Assembly (NCBI GenBank): GCA_030698625.1
Contig: JAUYMS010000048.1
Span: forward strand, 154,404 to 218,403
Source: Candidatus Omnitrophota bacterium
Lineage (GTDB): Bacteria > Omnitrophota > Omnitrophia > Omnitrophales > Aquincolibacteriaceae
Reading direction: 5' to 3'
Length of the DNA: 64,000 nucleotides
Within the stretch, counting starts at the first letter, position 1, and each line of letters starts with the position of its first letter. Below the pieces are notes generated by a model. That model worked only from the letters and a program-made list of their open reading frames with translations, was not told the origin of the DNA and searched no databases. Shown piece by piece: positions 1-9,976 of the stretch. Both the position numbers and the translations under genes were made by a program.

Positions 1-1496
1 CATCTCTTGATCTCGAAGTGGTCACAACGAATCTCATGGGCATTCTCCACGAAAAAATGGGCATGGAGCGCGGCACGCTGACGCTCTTGGACGCTAAGAC
101 CAACGAACTCATTATTGAAGTTGCGCACGGCCTCGACCGCAAAACAATCGAAAAGGTGCGGTATCAAGTGGGGGAGGGCATTACCGGTAAAGTGGTGGCA
201 GCAGGTGAGCCCATCGTTGTTCCGAACGTAGGAGATGAACCCCTGTTTCTGAACCGAACGGGGTCACGCGGCGATATCAAGCGGGGAAACATCGCATTTG
301 TTTGCGTGCCCATTCAGTTAGATAAAAAGACAATCGGAGCTTTGAGTGTGGATCGACTCTTTCAAGATTCGTGCTCTTTCGAGGAAGATGTTCGGTTTCT
401 TACGATCATATCTTCGACCGTGGCGCAGGCCGTTAGGATTCATCAAATGGTCGAAAAGGAGAAAGAGCAACTCGCCGATGAGAATCTTCTCCTGCGACGA
501 GAACTCAAAAAGAAATTTCATCCTGCCAATATTATTGGTGAAAGCAAGAGAATGGCCGACGTGTACGCCTCGATCGAACTGGTAAGTCAGACGCGTGCTA
601 CGGTGATGCTTCGGGGTGAAAGCGGCACAGGTAAAGAGCTCGTAGCTCACGCCATTCACTATAACAGCGATCGGGCGGATAAACCGTTTGTTAAGATCTC
701 CTGTGCCGCGCTTCCGGATACTTTATTGGAAAGCGAGCTCTTCGGTTATGAGAGGGGTGCCTTTACCGGAGCAACTGCCGGTAAAAAAGGGCGCTTTGAA
801 CTTGCGCATCAGGGAACGCTTTTTCTCGATGAGATCGGCGATATTTCCGCAACGACTCAAGTAAAATTGCTGCGCGTGCTACAAGAAAAGGAGTTTGAGC
901 GTTTGGGAGGGACGGAGACATTGAGGGTCGATATCCGCCTGATAGCAGCGACCAATAAGGATCTTGAGGCAGAGATGCGAGCCGGTAAGTTTCGAGAGGA
1001 TCTTTACTACCGTCTCAATGTTATTCCTATATTTCTTCCGGCACTGCGGGAGCGGTCCGAAGATATTCCCCTTCTCGTGGACAACTTCCTTAAAAAGACA
1101 GCGAAAGAAAACCGCAAAGATGTGCAGTACATTTCCGATGAGGCCATGCAATATTTGTTGAACTATGCTTGGCCGGGTAACGTGCGGGAGCTCGAAAATG
1201 CCATGGAAAGAGCCGTTATTCTTTGCAAGGGAGATACTCTTCACGCAGAGCACTTCCCGATTCCCGGAAGCAAGGACAGTCCTGCATTGACGCAAACTGC
1301 CCCTCAAAACTATGGGGCGAATGAAGGCCGTGATTCGGATGACGGAACATTACCGAATGCTGTTGAGGATCTCGAGAAGAGATTAATTCAGCAGGCTCTC
1401 GCTAAGACGCAGGGTAATCAGCGGCAAGCAGCCAAAGCGCTGGGGGTCACCGAGCGTATCTTGGGCTATAAGCTAAAGACATATGATATGAAGTAG
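1..1496 (+). CDS. Sigma-54-dependent transcriptional activator (GAF sensor + AAA+ sigma-54 interaction + Fis-type HTH); 5' end probably truncated by the window edge. The frame is open back to nt 3, and the first in-frame start codon is a GTG at 18.
   Basis: Contains the GESGTGKE Walker A motif and the GAFTGA sigma-54 contact motif. Also has the ESELFGYERGAFTGA block, a C-terminal HTH (QRQAAKALGVTERILGYKLK) and an N-terminal GAF-like region. No stop codon lies upstream in this frame. Confidence 0.85.
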   Translation, partial: SLDLEVVTTNLMGILHEKMGMERGTLTLLDAKTNELIIEVAHGLDRKTIEKVRYQVGEGITGKVVAAGEPIVVPNVGDEPLFLNRTGSRGDIKRGNIAFVCVPIQLDKKTIGALSVDRLFQDSCSFEEDVRFLTIISSTVAQAVRIHQMVEKEKEQLADENLLLRRELKKKFHPANIIGESKRMADVYASIELVSQTRATVMLRGESGTGKELVAHAIHYNSDRADKPFVKISCAALPDTLLESELFGYERGAFTGATAGKKGRFELAHQGTLFLDEIGDISATTQVKLLRVLQEKEFERLGGTETLRVDIRLIAATNKDLEAEMRAGKFREDLYYRLNVIPIFLPALRERSEDIPLLVDNFLKKTAKENRKDVQYISDEAMQYLLNYAWPGNVRELENAMERAVILCKGDTLHAEHFPIPGSKDSPALTQTAPQNYGANEGRDSDDGTLPNAVEDLEKRLIQQALAKTQGNQRQAAKALGVTERILGYKLKTYDMK

Positions 1497-1511
1497 GTTG
1501 CTTGCGCCGGT

Positions 1512-1539
1512 ACAAATATGTATAAAGACACATATTTGT
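1512..1539. promoter_or_regulatory. Perfect 10-8-10 inverted repeat ACAAATATGT-N8-ACATATTTGT about 80 bp upstream of the sigma-54 promoter; candidate enhancer (UAS) for the adjacent sigma-54 activator
   Basis: The palindrome was read directly from the sequence. Its position relative to the -24/-12 element matches bacterial enhancer-binding-protein sites. Confidence 0.5.
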
Positions 1540-1600
1540 AGGAATATGAGTTCCTTAGCAGTAAATCCCGCCGTTTCCCCCAATAAACTTTCCTAACGCT

Positions 1601-1616
1601 TGGCACAAAGATTGCC
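1601..1616 (+). promoter_or_regulatory. Sigma-54 (RpoN) -24/-12 promoter TGGCAC-N5-TTGC upstream of glnB-glnA
   Basis: TGGCACaaagaTTGCc matches the consensus TGGCAC-N5-TTGCW. It lies about 55 nt upstream of the glnB GTG start. Confidence 0.75.
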
Positions 1617-1673
1617 TTTAATAACTGTATTTGCTAGTCAAGTCTGCGATCATGATCTACGGAGGGTGGTTTC

Positions 1674-2015
1674 GTGAAAAAAATTGAAGCCGTTATTCAA
1701 CCCGAAAAGTTGAACGATGTAAGGGAGGCCTTAGCAGACGCTGATTATCCCGGCATCACTGTGACGGAGATTACCGGCCATGGCAAGCAGAAGGCCAAGG
1801 TACAGCAATGGAGGGGTGACTCCTATAGGGTGGCCTTTCTTTCTAAGGTGAAAATAGAGATTGTCTGTGCTGATAAAGAAGCCGAGGGAATTATCCAAAT
1901 CATCTCCGCAGCTGCCTTTACGGGCGGTTTTGGGGACGGAAAGATCTTTCTTTCGGATATTCGAGAAGCGATTCGGATACGTACTGGAGAGAGGGGTTCT
2001 AAGGCCCTCTCATAA
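1674..2015 (+). CDS. glnB: Nitrogen regulatory protein P-II
   Basis: 112 aa. MKKIEAVIQPEKLNDVREAL is the typical PII N-terminus. The T-loop carries the RGDSY tyrosine, and the C-terminus has the GDGKIF...IRIRTGE motif. Confidence 0.93.
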   Translation: MKKIEAVIQPEKLNDVREALADADYPGITVTEITGHGKQKAKVQQWRGDSYRVAFLSKVKIEIVCADKEAEGIIQIISAAAFTGGFGDGKIFLSDIREAIRIRTGERGSKALS

Positions 2016-2206
2016 GGTTCGGAGAGCCCCTCCATTTTTAGGGGCTTTACAAAGCCCATAAGGGCTCAGTATCATAATGGTCCTCTCAGCCTGAGAGGGC
2101 CATTACTTTGCATCGCGAGTCCACATGTCCTGCCGATCGAAGTACAAGACTGGATTGATCGTAATGCATTCCAAAATGTCAGCGTGTTTATTCCGGGAGG
2201 ATCCAA

Positions 2207-3700
2207 ATGTCGACGTTAGTTTCAAGTAAAGATCGGGAAGAGGAGATTATTGACGCAACTCGCCCCAACACTCCTGAAGAAATTAAAAGGTACATTCAGA
2301 AGAATAACATCCCGGTGGTTGATTTTAAGTTTAATGACCTGCCCGGAATGTGGCAGCACTTTTCAATTCCGGCAGCTGAGCTCGTTGATTATGACAAGCT
2401 TGAGAAGAGCGTCTGGGCCGAAGGGATTGGTTTTGACGGATCTAGTATCCGTGGTTTCAAGAAGATTCAAGAAAGTGACATGATCCTGATGCCGGATGCC
2501 ACGACGGCAGTCTTGGACCCTGTGTGTCAGATTCCGACTCTGAGTATCACTTGCGATATCTATGACCCTATCACCAAGGAACCCTACAGCCGCGACCCGC
2601 GCTTTATTGCACGGAAGGCTGAAGAACACCTGAAAAAGTCCGGCATTGCGGATACCAGTTTTTGGGGTCCCGAAGCCGAGTTTTTCATTTTTGACGATAT
2701 TCGCTTTGCTACGGGCGCGCAATATAGTTATTACCACGTCGACTCGGTGGAAGGTGAATGGAACACGGGTAAGGATGAGAAGCCGAACCTCGGCTACAAG
2801 CCTCGTTATAAAGAGGGGTATTTCCCGGTTCCTCCGCACGATACGCTGCAGGACATTCGTTCCGAGATAATGATGACGTTGCGCCGCGTGGGGGTTCCTG
2901 TGGAGTGTCATCATCATGAAGTCGCCAGTGGCGGACAGTGTGAAATTGACATGCGTTTTTCGCCGCTCGTAAAAATGGTGGATCACCTCATGATGTACAA
3001 GTACGTGATTAAGAATGTCGCGCGCAAGTACAATAAGGCCGCAACCTTCATGCCTAAGCCGCTCTTTGGCGACAATGGCTCCGGAATGCACATTCACTCC
3101 AGTTTGTGGAAGGACGGTAAGCCGCTTTTTTATGGCGAAAAGGGTTATGCGCTCATCAGTGACCTCTGTAAGTGGTATATCGGTGGATTGCTGAAGCATG
3201 CTCCGGCTGTTTTGGCCTTTGGGGCTCCGACGACGAACTCTTATCGCCGGTTGGTTCCGGGTTATGAAGCGCCGGTCAACCTCGTATATTCCGCACGGAA
3301 TCGCTCGGCTGTTTGCCGTATTCCGATGTATTCGCAGACGCCGGCATCGAAGCGTGTCGAGTTTCGCGCTCCCGATCCGAGTTGCAATCCTTACCTGACC
3401 TTCCCTGCGTTGTTGATGGCAGGTCTGGACGGAATTCGCAATAAGATCGATCCAGGTCAGCCTGTCGATAAGAACATCTACGAGCTTTCAGCGGAAGAGA
3501 AGAAAGGCATTCCGAGTGTCCCGGGTTCTCTGGAAGAGGCTCTGGATGCTCTGGAGAAAGATCACGAGTTCCTGTTGCGAGGCGATGTTTTTACGAAGGA
3601 CGTCATTGATACCTGGATCCAATATAAGCGTGAGTTTGAAATTGCCCCGATTAAATTGCGTCCGCATCCTCATGAATTTTACATGTACTTCGATACTTAA
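2207..3700 (+). CDS. glnA: Glutamine synthetase type I
   Basis: 497 aa with GS-I hallmarks: [28 protein letters not shown] and the C-terminal adenylylation-region motifs. It sits immediately downstream of glnB. Confidence 0.95.
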   Translation: MSTLVSSKDREEEIIDATRPNTPEEIKRYIQKNNIPVVDFKFNDLPGMWQHFSIPAAELVDYDKLEKSVWAEGIGFDGSSIRGFKKIQESDMILMPDATTAVLDPVCQIPTLSITCDIYDPITKEPYSRDPRFIARKAEEHLKKSGIADTSFWGPEAEFFIFDDIRFATGAQYSYYHVDSVEGEWNTGKDEKPNLGYKPRYKEGYFPVPPHDTLQDIRSEIMMTLRRVGVPVECHHHEVASGGQCEIDMRFSPLVKMVDHLMMYKYVIKNVARKYNKAATFMPKPLFGDNGSGMHIHSSLWKDGKPLFYGEKGYALISDLCKWYIGGLLKHAPAVLAFGAPTTNSYRRLVPGYEAPVNLVYSARNRSAVCRIPMYSQTPASKRVEFRAPDPSCNPYLTFPALLMAGLDGIRNKIDPGQPVDKNIYELSAEEKKGIPSVPGSLEEALDALEKDHEFLLRGDVFTKDVIDTWIQYKREFEIAPIKLRPHPHEFYMYFDT

Positions 3701-3713
3701 AAACGAAGAATCG

Positions 3714-3737
3714 GGGGTCAAGTCGAGACTTGACCCC
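3714..3737 (+). terminator. Perfect 10-bp stem hairpin GGGGTCAAGT-CGAG-ACTTGACCCC directly after the glnA stop (no U-tract)
   Basis: Read from the sequence. The stem is GC-rich, but the lack of a T-run makes it at best a weak intrinsic terminator or an RNA-stability element. Confidence 0.4.
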
Positions 3738-3766
3738 AGGTGCGAGCGACTGTTAAAGTAAACGTT

Positions 3767-4123
3767 ATGAAGTCACGGACATTCATTCTGACACTTGTCA
3801 TCCTCTGCGGCGTTGTGGGGCAGGCCTTGGCCGGCGGCATTGCGCCGGAAGGAACCGTGGCACGAAAGATTCAACGAGGTTTTCTCAATATCGTCTTCTC
3901 ACCGATTGAAGTTTCTCACGAACTGCACAAGGAAAAGAAAGTGGAGAGTTTTGTCCCCAGTTGGTTTTCAGGAGTAGGTAGGGGCGGGGCTTTTATGATA
4001 GGAAGGGTACTGACCGGTATTTATGAGATCGTGACGGCACCGTTCCCGATGCCTGCTAACTACGAGCCGGTTCTTTATCCCGAGTTTCCGTGGGAACATT
4101 TTGATTCGGTAGAAACTTCATAA
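3767..4123 (+). CDS. Small secreted protein with signal peptide, resembling the exosortase-system-associated TIGR04073 family; start uncertain (GTG 3740 or ATG 3767)
   Basis: MKSRTFILTLVILCGVVGQALA is a signal peptide. The KIQRGFLNI...EV and GRVLTGIYEIVTAPFP motifs recall the TIGR04073 pattern. The 3' end overlaps the lpxB 3' end convergently by 68 nt. Confidence 0.45.
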   Translation: MKSRTFILTLVILCGVVGQALAGGIAPEGTVARKIQRGFLNIVFSPIEVSHELHKEKKVESFVPSWFSGVGRGGAFMIGRVLTGIYEIVTAPFPMPANYEPVLYPEFPWEHFDSVETS

Positions 4124-5237
4124 TCTCCCGAGCGGCTCTGTCACTTGCGCCCTGATCTCCCAAGATGTGACGGACCCGTGTAAATTCGTCTTTCATACTC
4201 TGATAAAGAGATCGGTTTTTCAGTAGCACTTCCGCCTCATGGGCGATCGTCCGGGGGCAGGCATCATCCTGAATGAATTCGGGAACCACCTTTTTCGACG
4301 CCAACAGGTTGACCAATCCGAGGAACGGAACCCGAATCAAACTCTTTCCGAGCATATACGTGGACCAGCTTGTTTTGTAGAGGAGAAAGAAGGGTGTTCC
4401 GAGAAGAGCCGTCTCAAGCGTTGCCGTGCCGGAAGTCACTAATGCGAAATCGAGGGCATGAACAAGGTCGTGGCGATCCTCGAGGCATTTCCGGACTTTG
4501 ACTTCCGGATATTTCGCTAAGATGGAGTCATAAATTGCGGAATCCACATTAGCTGACGGCGTTATAAAAAAGAGAGCGTTCGGTAACCGTGCCGAAAGGT
4601 ATTTTGCCGACTCCAGCATGATCGGGAGTATTCTGGTCACCTCACGCTTGCGCGACCCGGGCAGGAGTCCGATCGCGGTCTTGTCCTTACCCATATCGAA
4701 CTTGCTCCTCAGTGCGTCTCGGGAATCTGAAATCCGAATCTCGTCCAGGAGAGGATGCCCGACAAAGGCGCAGTCGACGCCCGCCTCGTCATAAAACGCT
4801 TTTTCGAAGGGGAGGATAGCGAGCATTTTGGTGACGGTTTTACGGACTGTATGAATGCGTCTTTTGCCCCAAGCCCAGAGCTGAGGCGAAACGTAGTAAA
4901 CGACGGGAACATGCTGTAGGATCTTCTTGGCGAAGCGCAAATTAAAAGCCGGTGAGTCAATGAGAACGACTACATCGGGCTTATATTCTTTGAAGGCACG
5001 CAGTGCTCGGTTGAAGATGCGGCGGTATTTAAAATACTGTCTGAGGACATCGCCGAAACCCAGCGCTGAGATTAGCGTCATGTCGTGGATTAAGCGAGTG
5101 CCGGCCCGCTCCATTTGGGGGCCGCCGAGCCCATAAGAATCGAGATCGGGAACGCTGCGCTTTAATGAATGCAGTAATTCGGCGGCGTGGCGGTCCCCGG
5201 AAGGCTCACAAGCTATGATGAAAACTTTTTTGGACAT
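4056..5237 (-). CDS. lpxB: Lipid-A-disaccharide synthase
   Basis: 393 aa. MSKKVFIIACEPSGDRHAAEL is the classic LpxB N-terminus, and GT19-like conserved blocks run throughout. Confidence 0.9.
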   Translation of the reverse strand: MSKKVFIIACEPSGDRHAAELLHSLKRSVPDLDSYGLGGPQMERAGTRLIHDMTLISALGFGDVLRQYFKYRRIFNRALRAFKEYKPDVVVLIDSPAFNLRFAKKILQHVPVVYYVSPQLWAWGKRRIHTVRKTVTKMLAILPFEKAFYDEAGVDCAFVGHPLLDEIRISDSRDALRSKFDMGKDKTAIGLLPGSRKREVTRILPIMLESAKYLSARLPNALFFITPSANVDSAIYDSILAKYPEVKVRKCLEDRHDLVHALDFALVTSGTATLETALLGTPFFLLYKTSWSTYMLGKSLIRVPFLGLVNLLASKKVVPEFIQDDACPRTIAHEAEVLLKNRSLYQSMKDEFTRVRHILGDQGASDRAAREIMKFLPNQNVPTETRDKEPARS

Positions 5238-5240
5238 GAC

Positions 5241-6182
5241 TTAGGAAAGAATTCCCGCATCCTGCTGATTTTTACGGATGGCCTCGACGATTTCGAGAGC
5301 AAATTTGAGGGCATCGCGCGCAGCTTCATCGGGACGTCCGAGACTGTCTCCCGAACGGATTTGGGATAGGAAAAACCGCAGCTCCTCTTTTAGCGGTTCG
5401 GCTTTTTCAATATCGATGGATTCTTGCGAAATGGCCGACCCCTCCTTAGTGAAGATCTTGCAGGATTGCGCTTCATAATCGAGCGAGATATAAGCATTTT
5501 CCTGGAAGATTCTGATCTTGCGTTGCTTTTCAGGGGTCAGCCGCGAGGCTGTTAGATCCGCAACGGCGCCGTTCTGAAACTTGATCCGCACATTCGCAAT
5601 ATCTTCGTAAGGGGTAATGACGTTAATTCCGACGGCGTCAAAAGAGGCCACTTCCGATTTCATGAAGTTGAGGACAATGTCTAAATCATGGATCATCAAA
5701 TCCAAAACGACACCGCAGTCGTTGATTCTTCCTGTGAAGGGACCGAGGCGATGAATTTCAAAAAAACGGATATTGGAAACAATTTCTTCAACCCGCTTGA
5801 GGCCGGGATTATGGCGCTCCAAATGTCCCACACGGAGCGCGCAGTGATTGTCTCTGGCAAGACCGAGTAGATCGTCAGCGTCTTCCAGGTTGAGGGTAAT
5901 GGGCTTCTCGATAAGGGTATGAATACCGTGACGCAAAAACTCAGAGGCGATTTCGTAGTGGGTAGCAGTCGGTGTCGCTACACTGACGGCATCCACTTTG
6001 CCTATAAGGCTGCGGTAGTCCTGCACATAGGGGGTTTGGAGCCCTTCGGCAGTGATCTCTTTGGTAGGGTCGCTATCGCAAACGGCCACCAGTTCGGCCT
6101 CGGGCAGTTCCCTATAAATGCGGGCGTGTACCTTACCCAGATGACCTAACCCGATAACGGCAACTTTTAATGGATTTGACAT
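5241..6182 (-). CDS. Gfo/Idh/MocA-family NAD(P)-dependent oxidoreductase, translationally coupled to lpxB (possible GnnA-like UDP-GlcNAc 3-dehydrogenase)
   Basis: Has the VAVIGLGHLGKVHARIY Rossmann motif and an EKP motif. It is 313 aa, the stop lies 3 nt before the lpxB start, and it sits in a lipid A context. Confidence 0.7.
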   Translation of the reverse strand: MSNPLKVAVIGLGHLGKVHARIYRELPEAELVAVCDSDPTKEITAEGLQTPYVQDYRSLIGKVDAVSVATPTATHYEIASEFLRHGIHTLIEKPITLNLEDADDLLGLARDNHCALRVGHLERHNPGLKRVEEIVSNIRFFEIHRLGPFTGRINDCGVVLDLMIHDLDIVLNFMKSEVASFDAVGINVITPYEDIANVRIKFQNGAVADLTASRLTPEKQRKIRIFQENAYISLDYEAQSCKIFTKEGSAISQESIDIEKAEPLKEELRFFLSQIRSGDSLGRPDEAARDALKFALEIVEAIRKNQQDAGILS

Positions 6183-6327
6183 CGACTGATCTCGTGGGTC
6201 CGGAGTCTAGGGGTGCTTACTGCTGGTGCGCAATGTTGCAAGATGCTAACGAATGCCTACCCCTTTTACCGGATCCAACCTCCAGGAAAACGTGTAGTAG
6301 CAATCCTTCTAACCTATACGTTGAGAG

Positions 6328-8112
6328 GTGTCAACGAATATGTTACAGTACCTGCTTCCCATGGACATCTACAAAAGACTCCTAGCTTATGTGAAGCCCT
6401 ATAAAGGGCGCCTGACGTTAGCCATCGTGTGTATGTTTCTGTTTTCGCTGGCAAATGCCATGGTGTCGGCGACGCTCTATATCATTATCAATGGGCTTGA
6501 AAATAAGCATGAGGTGCACATGGATAATATCCCGCATGTGCCCTTTCTGACATCCGTCAGTTTTCCGGCTATTTGGATTCCGTTTTTGATCGTCGGTGTC
6601 TTTTTTTTCCGCGGCCTTTTTGACTATATCTCCAACTACCAGATGTCCAGCATCGGAATACGGGCCGTTCGGCAGATCCGCGATGACCTCTACGAACATC
6701 TCGTTAAGCTGTCCAATGACTTCTACTCACGCGGCAGGACCGGCGATTTCCTAAGTCGCATTACGCATGACGTAGGCTCGATCCAGGGGGCTGTTACCGA
6801 CGTCATCGTGGATCTGGTCAAACAGCCGCTCGTGATCCTTTTCAATATCCCCATGGTTTTTATCTGGGGGGGGCCGAATGCCATTTTTGCAATTCTAATC
6901 TTCCCGCTCGTAGCCATCCCGATTACTTTGCTCGGTAAGCGGCTGCGTCATATCACAAAAAGCATGCAAGAGCGGGCCGCTGACATCACCTCCTTTATCA
7001 GCGAAACGTTGGCCGGCCTGAATGTTGTGAAGGCATTTAACCGTGAGGAAGCCGAAATCTCAAAGTTTCGTGCTATTAACAGGAGTGTCTTCGAATATTT
7101 CAAGAAAAGTGTGAGAATCACCGTGGTTCAACGGCCTCTTGTTGAAATACTGGGATCAATCGGCTGCGCTTTTGCCGTTTGGTACGGGATGAAGAATTTG
7201 CCCCCAGATCGATTTATCGCTTTTGTCGGCTCTCTCTTTATCTTTTACGAACCTCTGAAGAAGATTAGCAAGGTCAATAGCACCATTCAGCAGTCCATTG
7301 CCGCGGGCGGGAGGATTTTCGAGATCTTGGATGCCGTGCCCTCTATTCAGAACCGAAAAGACGCCGTTCCGTTCAACGGAAAGGTGGAAAATATCAGTTT
7401 TGACGGGGTTTCGTTCTCATACGAAACCGGTAAGGAAGTGCTTGAAGACATTCGTTTAGACATTCGGCAAGGCGAAATCGTCGCGCTTGTGGGCGAGAGC
7501 GGGTCAGGCAAGAGCACGCTTGTGAATCTTCTCTTGAGATACTACGACCCTAAAAAAGGGGCGGTCAGGATAAACGGGCAGGACATTCGCGATTACGATC
7601 TCAAGTCGCTGCGTGACAGCATCGCCATTGTGTCGCAGGACACAATTCTCTTCAACTCGACGGTGAGTGAAAACATCGCCTACGGAGAACCGGACGCGCC
7701 GGTCGAAGAAATTAAAGCCGCAGCCGAAGCGGCTTATGCCAATCATTTCATCGAGACTCTTCCTTCCGGTTACGACACTCCTTTGGGGGAACGCGGTCTG
7801 AAACTCTCAGGCGGGCAACGTCAGCGCATCGCAATTGCGCGAGCGGTACTCAAAGATGCGCCGATCGTCATTCTAGACGAAGCCACATCCCACTTGGACA
7901 CGGGCAGCGAACGTGTTGTTCAGACGGCTATGGAAAATCTCATGAAGGGGCGTACTGTTTTTGTGATTGCTCATCGGCTTTCCACCATCCAAAGCGCAGA
8001 CCGAATACTTGTTCTGGAAAACGGACGTATCGTTCAGCAGGGAAACAGTGAGGGGCTGTTACAAGAGGGTGGGGCTTACAAAAAACTTCACGACCTGCAG
8101 TTTAGTCTTTAG
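6328..8112 (+). CDS. msbA: Lipid A export ABC transporter (ATP-binding/permease) MsbA-like
   Basis: 594 aa with a six-TM domain. Carries Walker A GESGSGKST, the signature LSGGQRQRIAIAR and Walker B ILDEATSHLD. The neighbourhood is lipid A genes. Confidence 0.85.
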   Translation: MSTNMLQYLLPMDIYKRLLAYVKPYKGRLTLAIVCMFLFSLANAMVSATLYIIINGLENKHEVHMDNIPHVPFLTSVSFPAIWIPFLIVGVFFFRGLFDYISNYQMSSIGIRAVRQIRDDLYEHLVKLSNDFYSRGRTGDFLSRITHDVGSIQGAVTDVIVDLVKQPLVILFNIPMVFIWGGPNAIFAILIFPLVAIPITLLGKRLRHITKSMQERAADITSFISETLAGLNVVKAFNREEAEISKFRAINRSVFEYFKKSVRITVVQRPLVEILGSIGCAFAVWYGMKNLPPDRFIAFVGSLFIFYEPLKKISKVNSTIQQSIAAGGRIFEILDAVPSIQNRKDAVPFNGKVENISFDGVSFSYETGKEVLEDIRLDIRQGEIVALVGESGSGKSTLVNLLLRYYDPKKGAVRINGQDIRDYDLKSLRDSIAIVSQDTILFNSTVSENIAYGEPDAPVEEIKAAAEAAYANHFIETLPSGYDTPLGERGLKLSGGQRQRIAIARAVLKDAPIVILDEATSHLDTGSERVVQTAMENLMKGRTVFVIAHRLSTIQSADRILVLENGRIVQQGNSEGLLQEGGAYKKLHDLQFSL

Positions 8113-8546
8113 GTTCCGGGTAACGCAATTTTAATCGTAGTTGTTTCTTCCGAGCCCTTTTCCGGCTCAAGCACTTCGTAGCTATCCACATGACCAAACC
8201 CAAGTGTTGCTACTCGAACGGCCCCTTTGACCGTGCCGTCGAGGATCTTCTCGGTGCCTTTTCGGGCCCCCTCGATTGTTCCGATGACTGGAGGCTCTTC
8301 AAGCGTTCCCTCGGCCGTATCTGTAATAAAACCTCGCGTGCTGTCGAAGGTGGCCTCTTTGACTCCTGTAGCGATGTTCTTTGCGGGATTTTTTCTCGAG
8401 GCGGTATCGGCCAGTTTACGGGATTCCTGCTCGCGCCGTTCCACTTCGCGGGCGTCCTCATCGTATTGTGCGTTTCTGGACATTCCCAGATGAACAACGG
8501 AAGTTGTCAAGAGTAGGGCGATGAGGACCGCAGAAGTGCGTTTCAT
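8109..8546 (-). CDS. Hypothetical secreted protein (signal peptide; Glu/Thr-rich; no recognisable domain)
   Basis: The ORF has MKRTSAVLIALLLTTSVVHLGMS as its probable signal peptide start. It is convergent with msbA, with a 4-nt overlap. Confidence 0.4.
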   Translation of the reverse strand: MKRTSAVLIALLLTTSVVHLGMSRNAQYDEDAREVERREQESRKLADTASRKNPAKNIATGVKEATFDSTRGFITDTAEGTLEEPPVIGTIEGARKGTEKILDGTVKGAVRVATLGFGHVDSYEVLEPEKGSEETTTIKIALPGT

Positions 8547-8596
8547 GGCCGTATAGTACGTGGGCGCCCCCCCTTCTGTCAACCGCTCACCTCCGC

Positions 8597-8625
8597 TTGC
8601 TCTTTCCCGGGGCCTGAGCTATACT
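8597..8625 (+). promoter_or_regulatory. Candidate sigma-70 promoter TTGCTC-N17-TATACT upstream of hom
   Basis: Hexamers read from the sequence, about 55 nt upstream of the hom ATG. Confidence 0.35.
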
Positions 8626-8678
8626 AAATCGTTTTTTTCGCTTAAGTTCTTATCGAGTGTGGAGTTAGGTGAAATTTT

Positions 8679-9974
8679 ATGGAAAATTTACGTTTGGGTA
8701 TTTTGGGGCTTGGTCAGATCGGTGCCGGACTCTATACCATCTTGCAGAGGAAGAAGGCTTACTTCCGCCGGGAGATCGGTGTCAACTTTGATATCCGTAA
8801 GATCGCCGTAAAAAGCAAGACGAAGAAGAGAACCGTTCGAGTACCCAAGGGTTTATTAACAACGAACGCGCTTTCTGTTGTGAGAGATCCCGAGGTTGAC
8901 GTGGTTGTGGAATTGATCGGAGGCACGCGCGAAGCAAAAAAGCTTGTGATGGAGGCATTGCGTTGTGGCAAGCACGTGGTGACCGCCAATAAAGCTCTGT
9001 TGGCGGAATGCGGAGATGAGATCTTTAGTCTCGCTTATCGCAAAGGCCTCTGGCTTTTTTTCGAGGCTTCCGTCGGTGGCGGCATTCCCGTCATGAAGGC
9101 ATTGCGCGAAGGACTGGCCGCAAACCGTATTGATTCCATCCACTCCATTATTAATGGGACAAGTAATTATATTCTGACCAAAATGACCGATGAGGGGTGG
9201 GATTTTGAAGAGGCTTTGATCGAGGCCCAGAAAAAGGGATACGCAGAAGCGGATCCAACTCTCGACATCAACGGAACCGATGCTGCGCATAAGTTGGCCA
9301 TTCTCATTCGGTTTGCTTTCGGCGGTCGCGTGCGGTATTCCGACATCTACTGTGAGGGAATCTCCCGGATTAGGAGTGAAGATATCGCTTTTGCCGAAGA
9401 GTTCGGTTATAGGATCAAGTTGCTGGCAATTGCCAAGCGATCCGGGGGGCGCGTGGAGGCTCGGGTACAGCCGACGCTATTGCCCAAAAGTCATATCCTG
9501 GCGAATGTGAAAGGCTCTTTTAACGCGGTGCTCGTGCGCGGTGACGAAGTGGGGGATTCGCTGCTCTATGGCCGCGGCGCGGGTCCGTTCCCGACGGCAA
9601 GCGCGGTCCTAAGCGATCTCGTCGATATTGCCAAGCTGCGCACCAGTTCATTCGAGGGAACGATGTCTCCTATGCGCGCTCTTCGCGGGCGTCTCAAAGT
9701 CAAGACGATGTCGAGTATCCTGTCGCGGTATTACCTGCGTTTTCGGGTTGTGGATCGCCCGGGGGTACTCGGCCGGATTTCTCAGGTCTTGGGTTCTTTC
9801 CGCATCAGTATTTCGGATTGTGTGCAGAAAGAACGCAGCGCCGGGAGCGTTGTCCCGTTGATTATGCTTACGCACGACTCGCATGAACGAGATGTGCACA
9901 ATGCTATGCGGGCAATCGGAAAGTTGAATATTGTGCGCGGCAAATCTCAAGTTATTCGAATCGAAGAAGGATAA
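8679..9974 (+). CDS. hom: Homoserine dehydrogenase (with C-terminal ACT domain)
   Basis: Has [15 protein letters not shown] binding and the ANKALLA and [12 protein letters not shown] motifs. The C-terminal ACT region ends in a MLTHDSHE-like sequence. Confidence 0.93.
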   Translation: MENLRLGILGLGQIGAGLYTILQRKKAYFRREIGVNFDIRKIAVKSKTKKRTVRVPKGLLTTNALSVVRDPEVDVVVELIGGTREAKKLVMEALRCGKHVVTANKALLAECGDEIFSLAYRKGLWLFFEASVGGGIPVMKALREGLAANRIDSIHSIINGTSNYILTKMTDEGWDFEEALIEAQKKGYAEADPTLDINGTDAAHKLAILIRFAFGGRVRYSDIYCEGISRIRSEDIAFAEEFGYRIKLLAIAKRSGGRVEARVQPTLLPKSHILANVKGSFNAVLVRGDEVGDSLLYGRGAGPFPTASAVLSDLVDIAKLRTSSFEGTMSPMRALRGRLKVKTMSSILSRYYLRFRVVDRPGVLGRISQVLGSFRISISDCVQKERSAGSVVPLIMLTHDSHERDVHNAMRAIGKLNIVRGKSQVIRIEEG

Positions 9975-9976
9975 CG

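Noticed and set aside
2363-3199. 278-aa minus-strand ORF inside glnA
   Set aside because: It is entirely antisense to a strongly conserved glnA CDS and its sequence is low-complexity, so it is a shadow ORF.
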